A stretch of 63,477 bases of DNA, the filler included, from Octopus bimaculoides (Eukaryota): NCBI RefSeq assembly GCF_001194135.2. It is 5 parts of 5 records of this genome, joined end to end, with 100 filler letters (N's around TTAATTAATTAA, not from the genome) between each part and the next. Parts side by side here need not be neighbours in the genome. Positions count along the whole stretch, not along the records: positions 54,887 to 63,477 come from NC_068986.1; 4 more parts are not named here. One strand, given 5' to 3'. The notes under the pieces were generated by a model. That model saw only the letters and a list, made by a program, of their open reading frames with translations, was not told the origin of the DNA and did not search any database. Both the position numbers and the translations under genes were made by a program. The first letter of the stretch is position 1. Every line of letters starts with the position of its first letter. Shown here piece by piece: positions 61,691-63,477 of the stretch.

Positions 61691-63443
61691 ATATCGAAAT
61701 TTTTTTTGTCATATATATATATAAAATTTTATTAAAATTTTATTTGAAGGAAATGCTGTTCAGTATTCTAAAATTCATTCAGTTTCTATTGCACTTCTGA
61801 TACCTTTTTAACATTTGGATAATGGACATTTAAAAAAAATTTAAACCTTCGGAGATCTTCATATTGTAGCTACATCGAACATATTATCTTAAAGTCATAC
61901 GCAATTCTAACACAAAATATTGTGCAAACCTGCCTGAGAACGACGAAATGCATTACATCTCGAACTTCGAGTTAGTCTTTCATAGTTTGCTCAACGTTAA
62001 CAGACTTTCTATCATCTACATTCTTTCTTACATATGCTTAAATTTTTTTTTTTAATTTATCAAAAATGGCAGTTTAAAATAGCTTTATTCTGATATGATT
62101 TATTATGCAAAGCATGCACTTTTTCTTGTTTGGACAGAATGTCGCTGAAGAATGCAGAAAACTTTTCTTGTTATTTTTTACAAATGAAGAGTCGAGCAGA
62201 TTAAGTAAAGAACTACAAAGCACTATTGAATGTGGTTAACAATTATGCAAATGAATGAGAGAACAGTCCAACATCCCACCAAGTGGTTCTTTTCTTAAAC
62301 AAAAATGACATGATGAATAATTTTGTTGAACGTGTGTACATCGTACATACAAATGATGCAGATTCATTCGTGCAATGTGCGGGTAAATAAAAGGAGTGAA
62401 AACAAAAGCATTCAAAAATTGCCACGAAAATATCTCTGGAGATTCGTTGTGTGTTTTCTCATAATAATTTCATGGAAATATATATATATTTTTTTTTGCT
62501 TTTTCTTAGCCTAAGTGTATTTACAGAATTAGAATTCTTCACGTTCACATACTTATGTATTTAATGACAACAAAAGCGGGTCTATGAAGAGTTGTGAATA
62601 TTTAACTTAGACACGAAAAATAATCAAGAACTGATAGAAAAGAAAAGTATAAGTTTTATATACTGATTTCACGTTCAAATTTCTATCTTGTACTCCAATT
62701 GACACTTTGCAGCTGCAAAGCTTAGATAGATATAAAATATGTTTATATCTTGTTGAATTACAATAGTTCCTTTATCCAACTTAGATGGGCATTATCAGAT
62801 ATCTCTGAAGCTTCCAAATGCCAATGCGAGCAACCTTCAACAAGTGGTAACATCGTAAAGAACATCTAAATACAAATATAGTAAAGTGTATACTGTATAG
62901 GAATGGTGCATCTATATAGAGGAATAACAGTGATTAATAGCAATAATACAGGAATGAGATAACACATGTTTATAAGACTTTGTTGAGAAGGTAGCAGAGA
63001 AGGGTATTGTGTTAATTCATTTCATCAACTTGCTAGAGTTAGCACCTCAGCCTCCTTCATCAAATCCTACTAGCATAAAAGGTGAAAGACTTATCTAAAA
63101 TACAAGGAGTATATATTTATGATAAGAATGCGATTCATCGTAGGTCTGTCTCGTCAAAATTGAACTACGGCTAAATAAAAAAGTATAGACTTATTAATTT
63201 ATTATAAATATTGCATTATCTACTTATAAAGTGAATGGCCATAGTAACGCCAACACACATTTAAATACACACACACACACACATATATGAATATATTATG
63301 AAATTAAATGTTATGTCCAGTTATAGAGTAACCATTGGTTTTGCACCTGTAAAGCACTTAGCAGTATAGGCGACTCGTCAGACAATGCCCGTAGGCGCAT
63401 AACTTCTCTCTCTTTCTTTCTTTCTCTCTCTCTCTCTCTCTCT

Positions 63444-63477
<34 letters not shown>

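Noticed and set aside
62138-62240. NVAEECRKLFLLFF segment as exon 3 of the 60.7-kb candidate
   Set aside because: The V..C..L spacing is suggestive, but the expected intervening residues are missing and the donor is weak.

Overview
This is eukaryotic, AT-rich, microsatellite-saturated genomic DNA from a draft assembly with many N gaps. The repeat landscape suggests an octopus or other coleoid cephalopod (inference). Most ORFs in the supplied track are microsatellite or gap artefacts. Host coding sequence I can support: three + strand exons of a CFAP210/CCDC173 orthologue (40212-42862, cut off before a scaffold join) and one orphan - strand Ig I-set exon (49944-50097). Weaker splice-consistent candidates lie at 3.5-4.6 kb, 57.2 kb and 60.7-61.1 kb. 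The rest is transposon debris. Non-LTR relics: CR1-group LINE, R4/Dong-type REL LINEs, CRE and Penelope-like. DNA-transposon relics: mariner, DD37D/maT, pogo/Tigger, hAT-like and TTAA/piggyBac-like MITEs, plus a SWIM-finger ORF relic. There are about 40 copies of at least five modular SINE types, labelled A, B, B', C, D, E here (my labels). The most interesting observations are an R4-type REL LINE apparently targeting (TACA)n microsatellites, two decayed Penelope-type minimal hammerhead ribozymes, an RT fragment inside a SINE bounded by an 18-bp duplication, SINE module shuffling, and a duplication with internal inversion. Four TTAATTAATTAA islands inside gaps are artificial six-frame stop linkers. 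I found no clearly novel multi-gene system. All family assignments are from motif recognition, not database searches.
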